From: a phage
Length of the DNA stretch: 64,000 nucleotides
Reading direction: 5' to 3' (one strand)
Sequence record: PZ154896.1
The translations under genes and the position numbers were made by a program. A model generated the notes under the pieces. The model worked only from the letters and a program-made list of their open reading frames with translations. It searched no databases and was not told where the DNA came from. Of the stretch, positions 45,249 to 55,902 are shown one piece after another. Every line of letters starts with the position of its first letter. The first letter of the stretch is position 1.

Positions 45249-45701
45249 TTACCCCTTGTATCCGAGTTTTCTAAGACCATCCTCGGTTAGAACTCGGAAT
45301 TTTATATTTCTCTTTTCAGCAACAGCTGAGGCAGCTTTCCATTTATCACAGTTCACAGACCAGGTATATATTTCATTCATATAACGTTTCTTTGCTGCAG
45401 TCGTAAGATTTGCAGGCTTAATAGGCGGTTGAGTTTCTTTCTTTGGTTTTATTTCTACAAAGAACTCTTGACCTGATGCATCCTTCATCCATATATCCAT
45501 AAAGTATCGACGTTTTTTACCTTCTGCGTTACAGAAATATGGAATTACTGCTGTTTCACTACCCCATGCAATAATTTCTGGATTTTTATCCAACCATTCG
45601 AAAAAGAATTTTTCCCAGTTTGAACGATACGTTATTTTGGTATGGTCTCCACGGTATTTTTTTAAATTTTTTGGGACCCATTTACCAGAGTAGGCCATGT
45701 T
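45249..45701 (-). CDS. 4: head completion protein (gp4)
   Basis: 150 aa from MAYSGKW; size identical to T4 gp4. Confidence 0.7.
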   Translation of the reverse strand, partial: NMAYSGKWVPKNLKKYRGDHTKITYRSNWEKFFFEWLDKNPEIIAWGSETAVIPYFCNAEGKKRRYFMDIWMKDASGQEFFVEIKPKKETQPPIKPANLTTAAKKRYMNEIYTWSVNCDKWKAASAVAEKRNIKFRVLTEDGLRKLGYKG

Positions 45702-45710
45702 GTCCTCCTT

Positions 45711-45718
45711 ATAAATAG
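45711..45718 (+). promoter_or_regulatory. late promoter (TATAAATA) for gene 53
   Basis: exact octamer on plus strand about 40 nt upstream of gene 53 start. Confidence 0.6.
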
Positions 45719-45724
45719 TATTAT

Positions 45725-45732
45725 TATTTATA
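45725..45732 (-). promoter_or_regulatory. late promoter (TATAAATA) for gene 4
   Basis: exact octamer on minus strand about 25 nt upstream of gene 4 start. Confidence 0.55.
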
Positions 45733-45759
45733 CCAATTTCATATTGGAAGGAGACTATC

Positions 45760-46335
45760 TTGTTATTTACATTCTTCGACCCAATAGGATATAGTGCTAA
45801 AACAGTTAATAAGAATGCACCTACTATTCCTATGACAGACATATTTCGTAACTATAAAGAGTACTTTAAGCGTGTTGCTGCCAATTATAGATTACGTTCT
45901 TATTATATTAAAGGCTCTCCGCGTCCTGAAGAACTAGCAAACATAATTTATGGCAACCCTCAATTATACTGGGTCCTTTTGATGTGTAATGACAACTATG
46001 ATCCGTATTATGGTTGGATTACATCTCAGGAAGCAGCGTATCAAGCTTCTATTCAGAAATATGCTAATGCTGGCGGCGACCAAGTTCTTTATCATATTAA
46101 TGAAAATCGTGAGAAATTTTACAATTTGGTTTCATATCCGGACGAGCCTTTAGTGTGGTACGATAAAGGTGATGAAGCTCGTAAGTATCCGCAATATAAA
46201 GGACCTTTAGCTGCAGTAGATACTTATGAAGCGGCAGTATTAGATAATGAAAAACTTCGTAAAATAAAAATTGTTGCAAAAGAAGATATAAACTCGTTTA
46301 TCACAGATTTGATTCGTGAGATGGAGATTGCATAA
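45760..46335 (+). CDS. 53: baseplate wedge protein gp53
   Basis: 191 aa, TTG start with AAGGAG SD; near-colinear by recall with T4 gp53. Confidence 0.85.
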   Translation: MLFTFFDPIGYSAKTVNKNAPTIPMTDIFRNYKEYFKRVAANYRLRSYYIKGSPRPEELANIIYGNPQLYWVLLMCNDNYDPYYGWITSQEAAYQASIQKYANAGGDQVLYHINENREKFYNLVSYPDEPLVWYDKGDEARKYPQYKGPLAAVDTYEAAVLDNEKLRKIKIVAKEDINSFITDLIREMEIA

Positions 46336-48068
46336 TGGAAATGATTAGCAGTAGCCTTAATTGGTTCGTGGGTGTTGTCGAGGATAGAATGGACCCATTA
46401 AAACAAGGGCGAGTTCGAGTTCGAGTCGTTGGTCTTCATCCGGCGCAGAGAACACAAGGTGATGTACAAGGTATTCCTACAGAAAAACTTCCATGGATGA
46501 CTGTTATTCAACCTATTACGTCTGCATCAATGTCAGGTATTGGTGGTTCTGTTACAGGTCCTGTTGAAGGAACTCGAGTATATGGTCATTTCTTAGACAA
46601 ATGGAAAACAAACGGGATTGTACTTGGTACATACGGTGGAATAGTACGTGAAAAGCCTAATAGACTTGAAGGTTTTTCAGACCCGACAGGTCAGTATCCG
46701 CGACGTTTAGGTAATGATACGAACGTACTAAACCAAGGTGGTGAAGCTGGTTATTATTCAAACTCTAACGTAATTCAAGATAACAACTTGGATTATGGTA
46801 TAAACCCAGATGATACAGATTTAGCAAATATTCCAGAAGATGATGACCCTAATTTTACAATAACAGAAATGTTACGTCGTGACGAAGGTCTTCGTGATAA
46901 AGTGTATTGGGACCATCTCGGATATCCTACAGTAGGTATTGGACACCTTATAGTAATGGAAAAAACCCGAGATATGTCTCGAATTAATAAATTGTTATCT
47001 GATCAAGTAGGGCGTGAAGTAACAGGAAATCCGGGAACTATTACATTAGAAGAAGCAACAGCGTTATTTGAGAAGGACCTTGCTAAGATGCAGAAAGCCA
47101 TTCGTTCTAATTCTAAAGTAGGTCCTGTTTATGCTAAAATGAACAGATCTCGCCAAATGGCATTAGAAAACATGTGCTTCCAGATGGGTGTTGGTGGTGT
47201 AGCAAAATTCAATACTATGCTTAAAGCAATGGCCACAGGTGATTGGAAAACCGCATACAAATCTGGACGCGATTCATTATGGTTCCAACAGACTAAAGGG
47301 CGTGCTTCACGTGTAACAACAATTATTTTAACTGGTAACATGGAATCATATGGCGTTCCTGTTAAAACACCACCTTCACCAGGAGTTGGTGCTGATTTAG
47401 TTACTAGAAATACCGATCCAGAAGACCCGGCTGGTCCTCCTGTTCCTTTAGATTCACGCATCCTTTTTAAAGAACCGGAATCAAGTTATCGTGGTGAGTA
47501 TCCATACGTTCATGCTATGGAAACAGAAAGTGGTCATATCCAAGAATTTGACGATACTCCAGGTAATGAACGTTATCGCTTAGTTCATCCAACAGGGTCA
47601 TATGAGGAAGTTTCTCCGTCTGGGCGTCGTACTCGTAAAACTGTAGAAGACCTTTTTGACATCACTAATGGCGATGGGAACTTCTTGATTTCTGGTGATA
47701 AGCTTGTTAACGTTGGTGCTAACGAAATATATTATAACATGGCAGACCGCCTCCATCAAATAGATGGCAATGACACAATCTTTATTCGCGGTAACCAATC
47801 TAAAACTGTTGAAGGCGATGGAACTCTTTATGTTAAGGGTAATATCAAAATAGTTGTTGACGGAAATGCAGATATTCTTGTTAAAGGTGATGCTAAAACT
47901 CAGGTCGAAGGGAATCATGATTACACCGTCAACGGAAACGTTAAATGGACTGTTAATGGTAATGTTGATATGACTGTTGCCGGGGATTGGGCAGAAACAA
48001 TGTCTACAATGAGCTCAGTAGCTTCAGGACAATACACTGTTGACGGATCTCGTATTGATATTGGGTAA
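46335..48068 (+). CDS. 5: baseplate hub plus tail lysozyme (gp5)
   Basis: 577 aa; OB-fold N-terminus, lysozyme domain (DEGLRDKVYWDHLGYPTVGIGHL), C-terminal VxGxxxxx beta-helix repeats. Confidence 0.92.
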   Translation: MEMISSSLNWFVGVVEDRMDPLKQGRVRVRVVGLHPAQRTQGDVQGIPTEKLPWMTVIQPITSASMSGIGGSVTGPVEGTRVYGHFLDKWKTNGIVLGTYGGIVREKPNRLEGFSDPTGQYPRRLGNDTNVLNQGGEAGYYSNSNVIQDNNLDYGINPDDTDLANIPEDDDPNFTITEMLRRDEGLRDKVYWDHLGYPTVGIGHLIVMEKTRDMSRINKLLSDQVGREVTGNPGTITLEEATALFEKDLAKMQKAIRSNSKVGPVYAKMNRSRQMALENMCFQMGVGGVAKFNTMLKAMATGDWKTAYKSGRDSLWFQQTKGRASRVTTIILTGNMESYGVPVKTPPSPGVGADLVTRNTDPEDPAGPPVPLDSRILFKEPESSYRGEYPYVHAMETESGHIQEFDDTPGNERYRLVHPTGSYEEVSPSGRRTRKTVEDLFDITNGDGNFLISGDKLVNVGANEIYYNMADRLHQIDGNDTIFIRGNQSKTVEGDGTLYVKGNIKIVVDGNADILVKGDAKTQVEGNHDYTVNGNVKWTVNGNVDMTVAGDWAETMSTMSSVASGQYTVDGSRIDIG

Positions 48069-48071
48069 TAT

Positions 48072-48587
48072 ATGGCACAAATACTTCCTTTAAATACCGA
48101 CTTAGGAGAAGACATGGAAGGGGCGTCTATTGACGTCCTTTTTACTCCACAGTTAGAAACAACCGAAACTTTAGTGTCAATAAATATAACAGATTATGAA
48201 CCGACACAAGGCATTACGGTAGACGGTAATCGTTTATATGGAACATATGAAAGTGTGTTTAGCTTTTCTTCGGATGCATTGAAATACCGATTAAATGATA
48301 ATTTTGAAACCGCATCTTCATGGGATGATTTACCGAAAGATGAATCCACACAGTTATATTTGTGGAGAGCTCCTCAGAATCTTCGTAAAGTGTTTAGTTA
48401 TACGGTTGAAATGATTTATAACTACCAAGAAGAAAGTTCATCAGGCGGTTCTAGAAGTGACTCTGGTACAGAACCTCCACCGGCTCCAGTACAAAAAACT
48501 CTTACTAAGGTTTATACAAAAACTATAGTAGGAAATTGGAGCAAATGGGCTCAACAATTACGAAACTATGTTTATGTGAGGCCGTGA
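48072..48587 (+). CDS. 5.1: gp5.1-like protein
   Basis: 171 aa directly after gene 5. Confidence 0.6.
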   Translation: MAQILPLNTDLGEDMEGASIDVLFTPQLETTETLVSINITDYEPTQGITVDGNRLYGTYESVFSFSSDALKYRLNDNFETASSWDDLPKDESTQLYLWRAPQNLRKVFSYTVEMIYNYQEESSSGGSRSDSGTEPPPAPVQKTLTKVYTKTIVGNWSKWAQQLRNYVYVRP

Positions 48588-48589
48588 AA

Positions 48590-48883
48590 ATGTCTGGTTT
48601 AAGTTACGACAAGTGCGTTACAACAGGTCATGAAGCATGGCCTCCTACTGTAATAAATGCTTCCCAATCTAAAGTATTCACCGGCGGTATTCCTGTTCTT
48701 GTGGCAGGAGACCAAATAACACCTCATACAGAAATTAAAAAACCATACGAGACTCATGGAGGTGTTACTGAACCTCGTACATCTAAAGTATACGTCACCG
48801 GTAAAAAGGCTGTTCAAATGGCTGACCCAATTTCATGCGGGGATACTGTTTCTCAGGCCTCGTCAAAAGTCTTTATAAAATAG
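48590..48883 (+). CDS. 5.4: PAAR-repeat spike tip protein (gp5.4)
   Basis: 97 aa from MSGLSYD; size and position as T4 gp5.4. Confidence 0.7.
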   Translation: MSGLSYDKCVTTGHEAWPPTVINASQSKVFTGGIPVLVAGDQITPHTEIKKPYETHGGVTEPRTSKVYVTGKKAVQMADPISCGDTVSQASSKVFIK

Positions 48884-48891
48884 GAATTAAA

Positions 48892-50865
48892 ATGGCAAAC
48901 ACTCCTGTAAATTATCAATTAACCCGAACAGCGAATGCTATTCCCGAGATTTTTATCGGGGGCACATTTGCCGAAATCAAACAGAATATTATCGAATGGC
49001 TCAATGGACAGAATGAATTTCTTGATTATGATTTTGAAGGTTCGCGTTTAAACGTATTGTGTGACCTTTTAGCATATAACACTCTTTACATCCAACAGTT
49101 CAGTAATAGTGCAGTGTACGAAAGTTTTATGCGTACTGCAAACTTGCGTAGTTCTGTTGTACAAGCGGCTCAAGATAACGGATATCTGCCTTCATCTAAA
49201 TCAGCAGCACAAACAGAAATTATGCTCACATGTACTGATGCATTAAATAGAAACTATATCACCATTCCACGTGGCACTCGTTTCTTAGCATACGCTAAAG
49301 ATACTTCTGTTAACCCGTATAACTTTGTTTCTACTGAAGATGTCATTGTAGTTAAAGACAAAAATAACCAATATTTTCCACGTCTTCGATTAGCTCAAGG
49401 ACGTATTGTTCGCACTGAATTAACATTTGATAGATTAAAACCTATCATTATTCGCGATAAGAATATTGACCGTAATTTGGTTAAGTTGTATGTTGACGGA
49501 GCAGAATGGATTAACTGGACTCGTAAGTCGATGGTTCACGCTGGTTCTACGTCAACAATCTATTATATGCGTGAAACAGTTGATGGGAACACCGAATTTT
49601 ATTTTGGTGAAGGCGAAATCTCTATTAACACATCAGAAGGTGCGTTAACATCTAACTATATTGGTGGCCTTAAACCTGTTCAGGGTTCTAAAATCGTAAT
49701 TGAGTATATTTCTACTAATGGCGCAGATGCTAACGGTGCTGTAGGATTTTCTTATGCTGATACATTAGCTAATATCACGGTAATCGGTATTAACGAGAAC
49801 CCTAGCAATAACCCAGACTTTGTTGGGGCCGATGGCGGCGGTGACCCTGAAGATATTGAACGTATCCGCGAATTAGGCACAATTAAACGCGAAACTCAAC
49901 AACGTTGTGTAACCGCTTCCGACTATGACACATTCGTCTCTGAGAGGTTTGGTTCTATTATTCAAGCGGTTCAAACATTCACGGATTCATCTAAACCAGG
50001 GTACGCATTTATTGCTGCTAAACCTAAGTCTGGGTTATATTTGACTTCAGTCCAACGTGATGATATCAAAAACTATTTGAATGATTATAACTTAGGGACT
50101 ATTACACCTGTTGTTATTTCGCCTGATTATTTGTTTATCAAAATGAATATCAAAGTTACGTACGCGTTGAATAAACTCCAGGAATCAGAACAATATCTTG
50201 AAGGGCAGATTATTAATAAAATAGACCGTTATTATATTGAAGATGTAGAAATTTTTAACTCATCATTTGCAAAATCTAAAATGCTAACTTATGTCGATGA
50301 TGCAGATATTTCTATTATTGGTTCTTCAGCTACTATTCAAATGGTTCGCGAAGTACAAAACTTCTATAAAACGCCTGAGGCCGGTATTAAATACAATAAT
50401 CAGATTAAAGATAGATCGATGGAATCTAATATATTCTCGTTTGATTCGCACAGACCTAATCCAGAAAATGCAAACGAAACTATTAAATACGGTGTTCGCA
50501 TAGTATCTTCTGACCGTAATGACCGTGGCATAGGTCAAGTTATTATTGGTCCATTTGCAGACGGTGATGTTGTTGAAAACGAAAATATACAACCTTATAC
50601 AGGTAATGATTTTAATAAACTTACTGTTACTGACGGACGAAACAAATACTATTCAATTGGTGAAGTGAATTATCCTGCCGATTCGATTTATTGGAACATT
50701 GCTAAAATTGACCTCACTTCAGACCGTTTTGAAGTTCAAACAATTGAACTTTATTCCGACCCTGCAGATGATATTATTTTTACAAAGGATGGTTCTTTAA
50801 TCGTATTCGAAAATGACTTACGTCCTCAGTACTTAACTATAGATTTGGAGCCTATTTCACAATGA
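48892..50865 (+). CDS. 6: baseplate wedge protein gp6
   Basis: 657 aa from MANTPVNYQ; size and position match T4 gp6. Confidence 0.85.
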   Translation: MANTPVNYQLTRTANAIPEIFIGGTFAEIKQNIIEWLNGQNEFLDYDFEGSRLNVLCDLLAYNTLYIQQFSNSAVYESFMRTANLRSSVVQAAQDNGYLPSSKSAAQTEIMLTCTDALNRNYITIPRGTRFLAYAKDTSVNPYNFVSTEDVIVVKDKNNQYFPRLRLAQGRIVRTELTFDRLKPIIIRDKNIDRNLVKLYVDGAEWINWTRKSMVHAGSTSTIYYMRETVDGNTEFYFGEGEISINTSEGALTSNYIGGLKPVQGSKIVIEYISTNGADANGAVGFSYADTLANITVIGINENPSNNPDFVGADGGGDPEDIERIRELGTIKRETQQRCVTASDYDTFVSERFGSIIQAVQTFTDSSKPGYAFIAAKPKSGLYLTSVQRDDIKNYLNDYNLGTITPVVISPDYLFIKMNIKVTYALNKLQESEQYLEGQIINKIDRYYIEDVEIFNSSFAKSKMLTYVDDADISIIGSSATIQMVREVQNFYKTPEAGIKYNNQIKDRSMESNIFSFDSHRPNPENANETIKYGVRIVSSDRNDRGIGQVIIGPFADGDVVENENIQPYTGNDFNKLTVTDGRNKYYSIGEVNYPADSIYWNIAKIDLTSDRFEVQTIELYSDPADDIIFTKDGSLIVFENDLRPQYLTIDLEPISQ

Positions 50866-53800
50866 CAGTAAAAGCGCCAGCAGTCACAAGTCTCAGAATA
50901 TCCAAGTTGTCCGCTAACCAAGTTCAAATACGCTGGGATGACGTTGGTGCTAATTTCTACTATTTTGTAGAAATCGCTGAGACTAAAACGGCAGACGGGG
51001 AAATAATTCCCCCTGCCAGCTACAGATGGACAAATTTAGGATATACTCCTAATAGCAACTGGTTCGAAAGTAGCTTAGACCCATTAACTTCTTATATTAT
51101 TCGTGTATCAACTGCCGCTGAAGGCTTCGAGAGATCTGATTGGGTATATACCGAAATATTTGAATCATTTCAGACTAACGCGTATACATTTCAACATATG
51201 ATTGAAATGCAATTGGCTAATACTTTTATTAGAGAAAAATTTACAAATAACAACACGGCTTATGTCGATTTTAATAACGACACTATAATGGCAGCTCTAA
51301 TGAATGAATCGTTCCAATTTAGCCCTGCTTATGCGGATATTTCATCTATTAAAAATTTCATTATTGGTGAAAATGAGTATCATGAAATTCAAGGTTCGAT
51401 TCAACAGGTGTGTCATGATATAAACCGTGTTTATTTGATGGAATCCGAAGGAATTCTTTATTTGTTTGAACGGTATCAGCCTGTGGTTAAAGTCTCTAAT
51501 GATAAGGGACAAACCTGGAAATCGGTTAAATTGTTTAATGACCGTGTAGGGTACCCTGTATCAAGAACAGTGTATTACCAGACAGATTACACCACGTATG
51601 TTCTTGGGTATGATAAATTATTTTACGGCCGTAAATCAACTGACGTTCGTTGGTCTGCTGATGATGTGAGATTTAGTTCTCAAGATATAACATTTGCTAA
51701 AATTGGTGACCAGTTAAATTTAGGATTTGATGTAGAAATATTTGGTAACTACGCATCATTACCTGCTAACGTATCACGTATTGCAGAAGCTATCGTTTGC
51801 AATGACGATTATGTATATGTTGCTGCTCGAGATAAAGTCCGTTTTATTAAAACTAGTAATGCCCCTATTGATTCAGACCCATTATCTCCGACATATTCCG
51901 AACGTTTGTTTGAACAAGAAACATTTAACATCACAGGTAACCCTAAGGCAGTTTGCTATAAAATGGATTCTGTCGGTGGTAAAATATTTGCACTGATTAT
52001 CGGTGAAGTTGTTAATCTTAATGACGACCCGAGGACCACTCCTATTGTTGATTCTGCTGATAAAGGTGTTTACGTTCTAGACCATGATGCTGGCACATTT
52101 AAACGTGTGTTTGGTAATACTGAAGAAGAACGCCGTCGTATTGAACCTGGGTACACCAGTATGTCTACTGATGGTGTTGAGTTATCTATTTCATCTAGTA
52201 ATTTTAAATTTTTAGAATCAGATATTGTTGATGACCAAAAAACACAAACCAAGTACGGTTTAATCGGTGCTGTTAAATACGAGTATCCTCGCGAATGGTT
52301 GGCTGATAAACATTATCATATGATGTCATTTATTTCAACTGAAGACTCTCAATGGGAATCGTTCACTCCTCAACCGATGGAATACTATGCTGAGCCATTC
52401 TTTAGTTATTCTAGAAAGTCTGGTACTCGTTGTTGGATTAATAACTCAGACAAGGCCGTTGTAATTTATTCTGATTTACTTTACACTAAGGTTATTGAGA
52501 GTCATCCACTTAGTTCTCCAGACCGTGAAGTTCATGAATATTGGAAGGACGGTGACTGTACAATAGTGATGCCTAACGTAGATTTCACCGGATTTAAAAA
52601 ATATGCATCCGGCATGATTTTCTATAAAGCATCAGGTGAGATTATTTCTTATTATGATTTTAGTTACCGTGTTAGAGATAATGTTTCTATAATTTGGAAG
52701 CCTACTAATGTATTCTTAACAGCATCGTTACAAAACCAAGAAAAAGATACCACATGGGCTCCTGTGGAAGAGAATGGTATTGCGGACCCAGATTTACGAC
52801 CATTGCTCACTACAATGATGCCGGAGTCTTATCTTTTAGATAATACAAACTTCGAAGCATTCTGCGAGGCTTATATTCAGTATCTTTCTGACGGTTATGG
52901 GACCCATTATAACAACCTTTTAAATCTTATTAAAAATCAATATCCACGAGAAGAACATGCGTGGGAATATTTATGGTCTGAGATTTATAAACGAAACATT
53001 TACTTAAACGCCGAAAAACGCGATTTAGTGTCTCGTTTCTTTGAATCAAGAAGTTATGACTTCTATTCAACTAAAGGAACTGAAGCATCATATAAATTCT
53101 TGTTTAAAGTGCTTTATAATGAAGATGTTGAAATTGAAATTGAATCTAGTTCCGGGACCGAATATGATATCATCATTGAATCTGATTCGTTGACAGAAGA
53201 TTTGGTCGGACAAACCATATACACCGCTACAGGACGTTGTAATGTGACGTATATCGAGAGAAGTTACTCTAAAGGTAAATTACAATGGGCTGTAACAATT
53301 CACAACCTCTTAGGTCGTTTAATCCAAGGACAGGAAGTTAAAGCTGAAAGACTCCCTGGTTTTGAAGGTGAAATTGTTCGTGGTATTAAAGGTAAAGAGC
53401 TTTCTCAGAACAACATCGATTACATAAATCGTGGTAGAGCATACTACGTAATGAAGATTAAATCTAAACTTCCATCATCTCGTTGGAAATCAGACGTATT
53501 ACGTTTTGTTCATCCGGTTGGATTTGGATTTATCGCAATTACCCTTCTCACAATGTTTATTAACACTGGATTAACACTTAAACATGTTGAAACCATTATT
53601 AATAAATACAAAAACTATAAGTGGGATTCTGGATTACCGACTAAATATGCAGACCGAGTGGCTAAATTAGACCCACAAGGAAATGTTGAGTTTGACCCTA
53701 TTACAGGTAAAGCGATATATGAAATAGGCCCTATGGCTGGTCAAGATTATCCATTGCCTGAAGATTATAACGCTGAAAACAATAACTCCATATTTCAAGG

Positions 53801-53960
53801 TCAACTTCCATCGGAACGACGTAAACTGATGAGCCCATTATTTGATGCGTCTGGAACAACATTCTCTAGATTTAGAGATTTGGTTGAACAGCGGTTAATC
53901 GATAATGTAGGAAATCCAAGAGACCCCGTGAATCCACCACAGGTTAAATTAGATGAATGA
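50862..53960 (+). CDS. 7: baseplate wedge initiator gp7
   Basis: 1032 aa, identical length to T4 gp7. Confidence 0.88.
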   Translation: MTVKAPAVTSLRISKLSANQVQIRWDDVGANFYYFVEIAETKTADGEIIPPASYRWTNLGYTPNSNWFESSLDPLTSYIIRVSTAAEGFERSDWVYTEIFESFQTNAYTFQHMIEMQLANTFIREKFTNNNTAYVDFNNDTIMAALMNESFQFSPAYADISSIKNFIIGENEYHEIQGSIQQVCHDINRVYLMESEGILYLFERYQPVVKVSNDKGQTWKSVKLFNDRVGYPVSRTVYYQTDYTTYVLGYDKLFYGRKSTDVRWSADDVRFSSQDITFAKIGDQLNLGFDVEIFGNYASLPANVSRIAEAIVCNDDYVYVAARDKVRFIKTSNAPIDSDPLSPTYSERLFEQETFNITGNPKAVCYKMDSVGGKIFALIIGEVVNLNDDPRTTPIVDSADKGVYVLDHDAGTFKRVFGNTEEERRRIEPGYTSMSTDGVELSISSSNFKFLESDIVDDQKTQTKYGLIGAVKYEYPREWLADKHYHMMSFISTEDSQWESFTPQPMEYYAEPFFSYSRKSGTRCWINNSDKAVVIYSDLLYTKVIESHPLSSPDREVHEYWKDGDCTIVMPNVDFTGFKKYASGMIFYKASGEIISYYDFSYRVRDNVSIIWKPTNVFLTASLQNQEKDTTWAPVEENGIADPDLRPLLTTMMPESYLLDNTNFEAFCEAYIQYLSDGYGTHYNNLLNLIKNQYPREEHAWEYLWSEIYKRNIYLNAEKRDLVSRFFESRSYDFYSTKGTEASYKFLFKVLYNEDVEIEIESSSGTEYDIIIESDSLTEDLVGQTIYTATGRCNVTYIERSYSKGKLQWAVTIHNLLGRLIQGQEVKAERLPGFEGEIVRGIKGKELSQNNIDYINRGRAYYVMKIKSKLPSSRWKSDVLRFVHPVGFGFIAITLLTMFINTGLTLKHVETIINKYKNYKWDSGLPTKYADRVAKLDPQGNVEFDPITGKAIYEIGPMAGQDYPLPEDYNAENNNSIFQGQLPSERRKLMSPLFDASGTTFSRFRDLVEQRLIDNVGNPRDPVNPPQVKLDE

Positions 53961-54957
53961 TTCAAGTGTTATCTATCGTGCAATAGTTACATCAAAATTT
54001 AGAACAGAGAAAATGCTGAATTTTTATAATTCAGTTGGGGATGGAGATGATAAGAACTCCATTTATATTACGTTTGGACGTTCAGAGCCTTGGGCGTCAA
54101 ATGAAAATGAGGTGGGCTTCGCCCCACCTTATCCTACAGATTCTGTTCTTGGTGTTACTGATATGTGGTCCCATATGATGGGTACCGTTAAAGTTTTACC
54201 TTCAATGTTAGATTCTGTTATTCCTAGACGTGATTGGGGAGATGTGCGATATCCAGACCCTTACACGTTTAGAATTAACGATATAGTCGCATGTAATACT
54301 GCTCCGTACAACGCGACAGAAGTTGGAGCTGGTTGGTTAATTTACCGTTGTTTAGATGTCCCTGACGTAGGGCTCTGTTCAATAGAATCTTTAGATAATA
54401 AAGATGAATGTCTTAAATTAGGTGGTAAATGGACTCCGTCTGTTCGTTCTATGTCTCCTCCTGAAGGCAGAGGCGATGCTAATGGGGTTATCGAAACCGG
54501 TGATGGATATATTTGGGAATACCTTTATGAGATTCCTGCCGATGTGTCAATTAACCGTTGCACTAATGAATATCTTGTAGTTCCATGGCCAGAAGAAATT
54601 AAAGAAGACCCCGCCCGTTGGGGATATGAAAATAACTTAACTTGGCAACAAGATGACTACGGCTTGATTTACCGTGTTAAAGCCAATACGATGCGGTTTA
54701 AAGCATATTTTGATTCTGTTTATTTCCCTGAGGCAGCTTTGCCTGGTAACAAGGGTTTTAGACAGATATCAATTATCACAAACCCGTTAGAAGCTAAGAA
54801 AAATCCAAATGACCCTAATGTTAAAGCAGAAAAGGATTATTACGACCCTAGAGACCTGCAGCGTCATTCCGGTGAAATGATTTATATGGAAAACCGACCA
54901 CCTGTTATTATGGCAATGGACCAAACAGAAGAAATTAACATTTTGTTTATGTTTTAA
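53953..54957 (+). CDS. 8: baseplate wedge protein gp8
   Basis: 334 aa, identical length to T4 gp8. Confidence 0.88.
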   Translation: MNDSSVIYRAIVTSKFRTEKMLNFYNSVGDGDDKNSIYITFGRSEPWASNENEVGFAPPYPTDSVLGVTDMWSHMMGTVKVLPSMLDSVIPRRDWGDVRYPDPYTFRINDIVACNTAPYNATEVGAGWLIYRCLDVPDVGLCSIESLDNKDECLKLGGKWTPSVRSMSPPEGRGDANGVIETGDGYIWEYLYEIPADVSINRCTNEYLVVPWPEEIKEDPARWGYENNLTWQQDDYGLIYRVKANTMRFKAYFDSVYFPEAALPGNKGFRQISIITNPLEAKKNPNDPNVKAEKDYYDPRDLQRHSGEMIYMENRPPVIMAMDQTEEINILFMF

Positions 54958-54958
54958 T

Positions 54959-54986
54959 TAGGGAGCCTTCGGGCTCCCATTTTTGT
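54959..54986 (+). terminator. rho-independent terminator after gene 8
   Basis: GGGAGCC-ttcg-GGCTCCC followed by ATTTTTGT. Confidence 0.65.
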
Positions 54987-54989
54987 ATC

Positions 54990-54997
54990 TATAAATA
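54990..54997 (+). promoter_or_regulatory. late promoter (TATAAATA) for gene 9
   Basis: exact octamer immediately after the terminator, about 35 nt upstream of gene 9 ATG. Confidence 0.6.
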
Positions 54998-55029
54998 GAA
55001 TATAATATCGGACAACAAAAGGCAGAATT

Positions 55030-55902
55030 ATGGCATTTTTTAAGCAAACTCCTAAACAATTAATCGATACCGGCGAAATTGGTAATGCCTCAACAGGTGA
55101 TATCTTATTCGACGGTGGTAATAAAATAAATGACGATATCAACGCTATTTACAATGCATTTGGCGATCAACGTAAAATGGCCATAGCAGATGGAACCGGA
55201 CCAACAGGTCAAACTATTCATGCCACAGGCTATTATCAAAAAGGAAAGGCTGTCGATTATCAAACTCCTATTAAACCTGGCACCATGCATGATATTGATG
55301 CTTCTGATGGCGGTGTGATTGTTATTATTGACCGTCCTGAATTAGGTGACTCTGTAGAATTCATAAACTCTAATGGGTCTATTTCTGTTAACAATCCTTT
55401 AAGTATCCAAGTAACTGATGGTTCAATTAAAGGCGTTCTTAATAATCTTGTTATTTCCACCCCTTATACCCATGTTGTTCTTCGTTGTATTGAAATTAAT
55501 GGGCCAACTTCAGTATGGAATTATTCTACTGATAGCATGTTTGGGCAGAAAGAATCTCCTGTCGATGGGACTTGGAGTCTTACAGGAAACACAGTTTCTA
55601 TTCCTCTGTTTTATCGCACAGATTATAACATGGCTAAATTGCTTGTTACATGCCAATCCGCAGACGGTAGAAAAATAAAAACATGCGAAATAAATATTCT
55701 AATAGATACAATTAACTCAGAAGTTCTTTCTACCGAATTTGCAGTAATGCGAGTTGGTAATGTAGATGAAACCGACGAGATTGCTAATATTAGCTTTAGT
55801 ATTATTAACAACTTTGTTACTATGACGATTACATCTGATATTATTGGATTACGTTCGGCAGTTAAAATTATCTCAACTCAGAAAATTGGGGTCGCTCAAT
55901 AA
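55030..55902 (+). CDS. 9: baseplate wedge / long-tail-fibre socket protein gp9
   Basis: 290 aa; size and order as T4 gp9. Confidence 0.85.
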   Translation: MAFFKQTPKQLIDTGEIGNASTGDILFDGGNKINDDINAIYNAFGDQRKMAIADGTGPTGQTIHATGYYQKGKAVDYQTPIKPGTMHDIDASDGGVIVIIDRPELGDSVEFINSNGSISVNNPLSIQVTDGSIKGVLNNLVISTPYTHVVLRCIEINGPTSVWNYSTDSMFGQKESPVDGTWSLTGNTVSIPLFYRTDYNMAKLLVTCQSADGRKIKTCEINILIDTINSEVLSTEFAVMRVGNVDETDEIANISFSIINNFVTMTITSDIIGLRSAVKIISTQKIGVAQ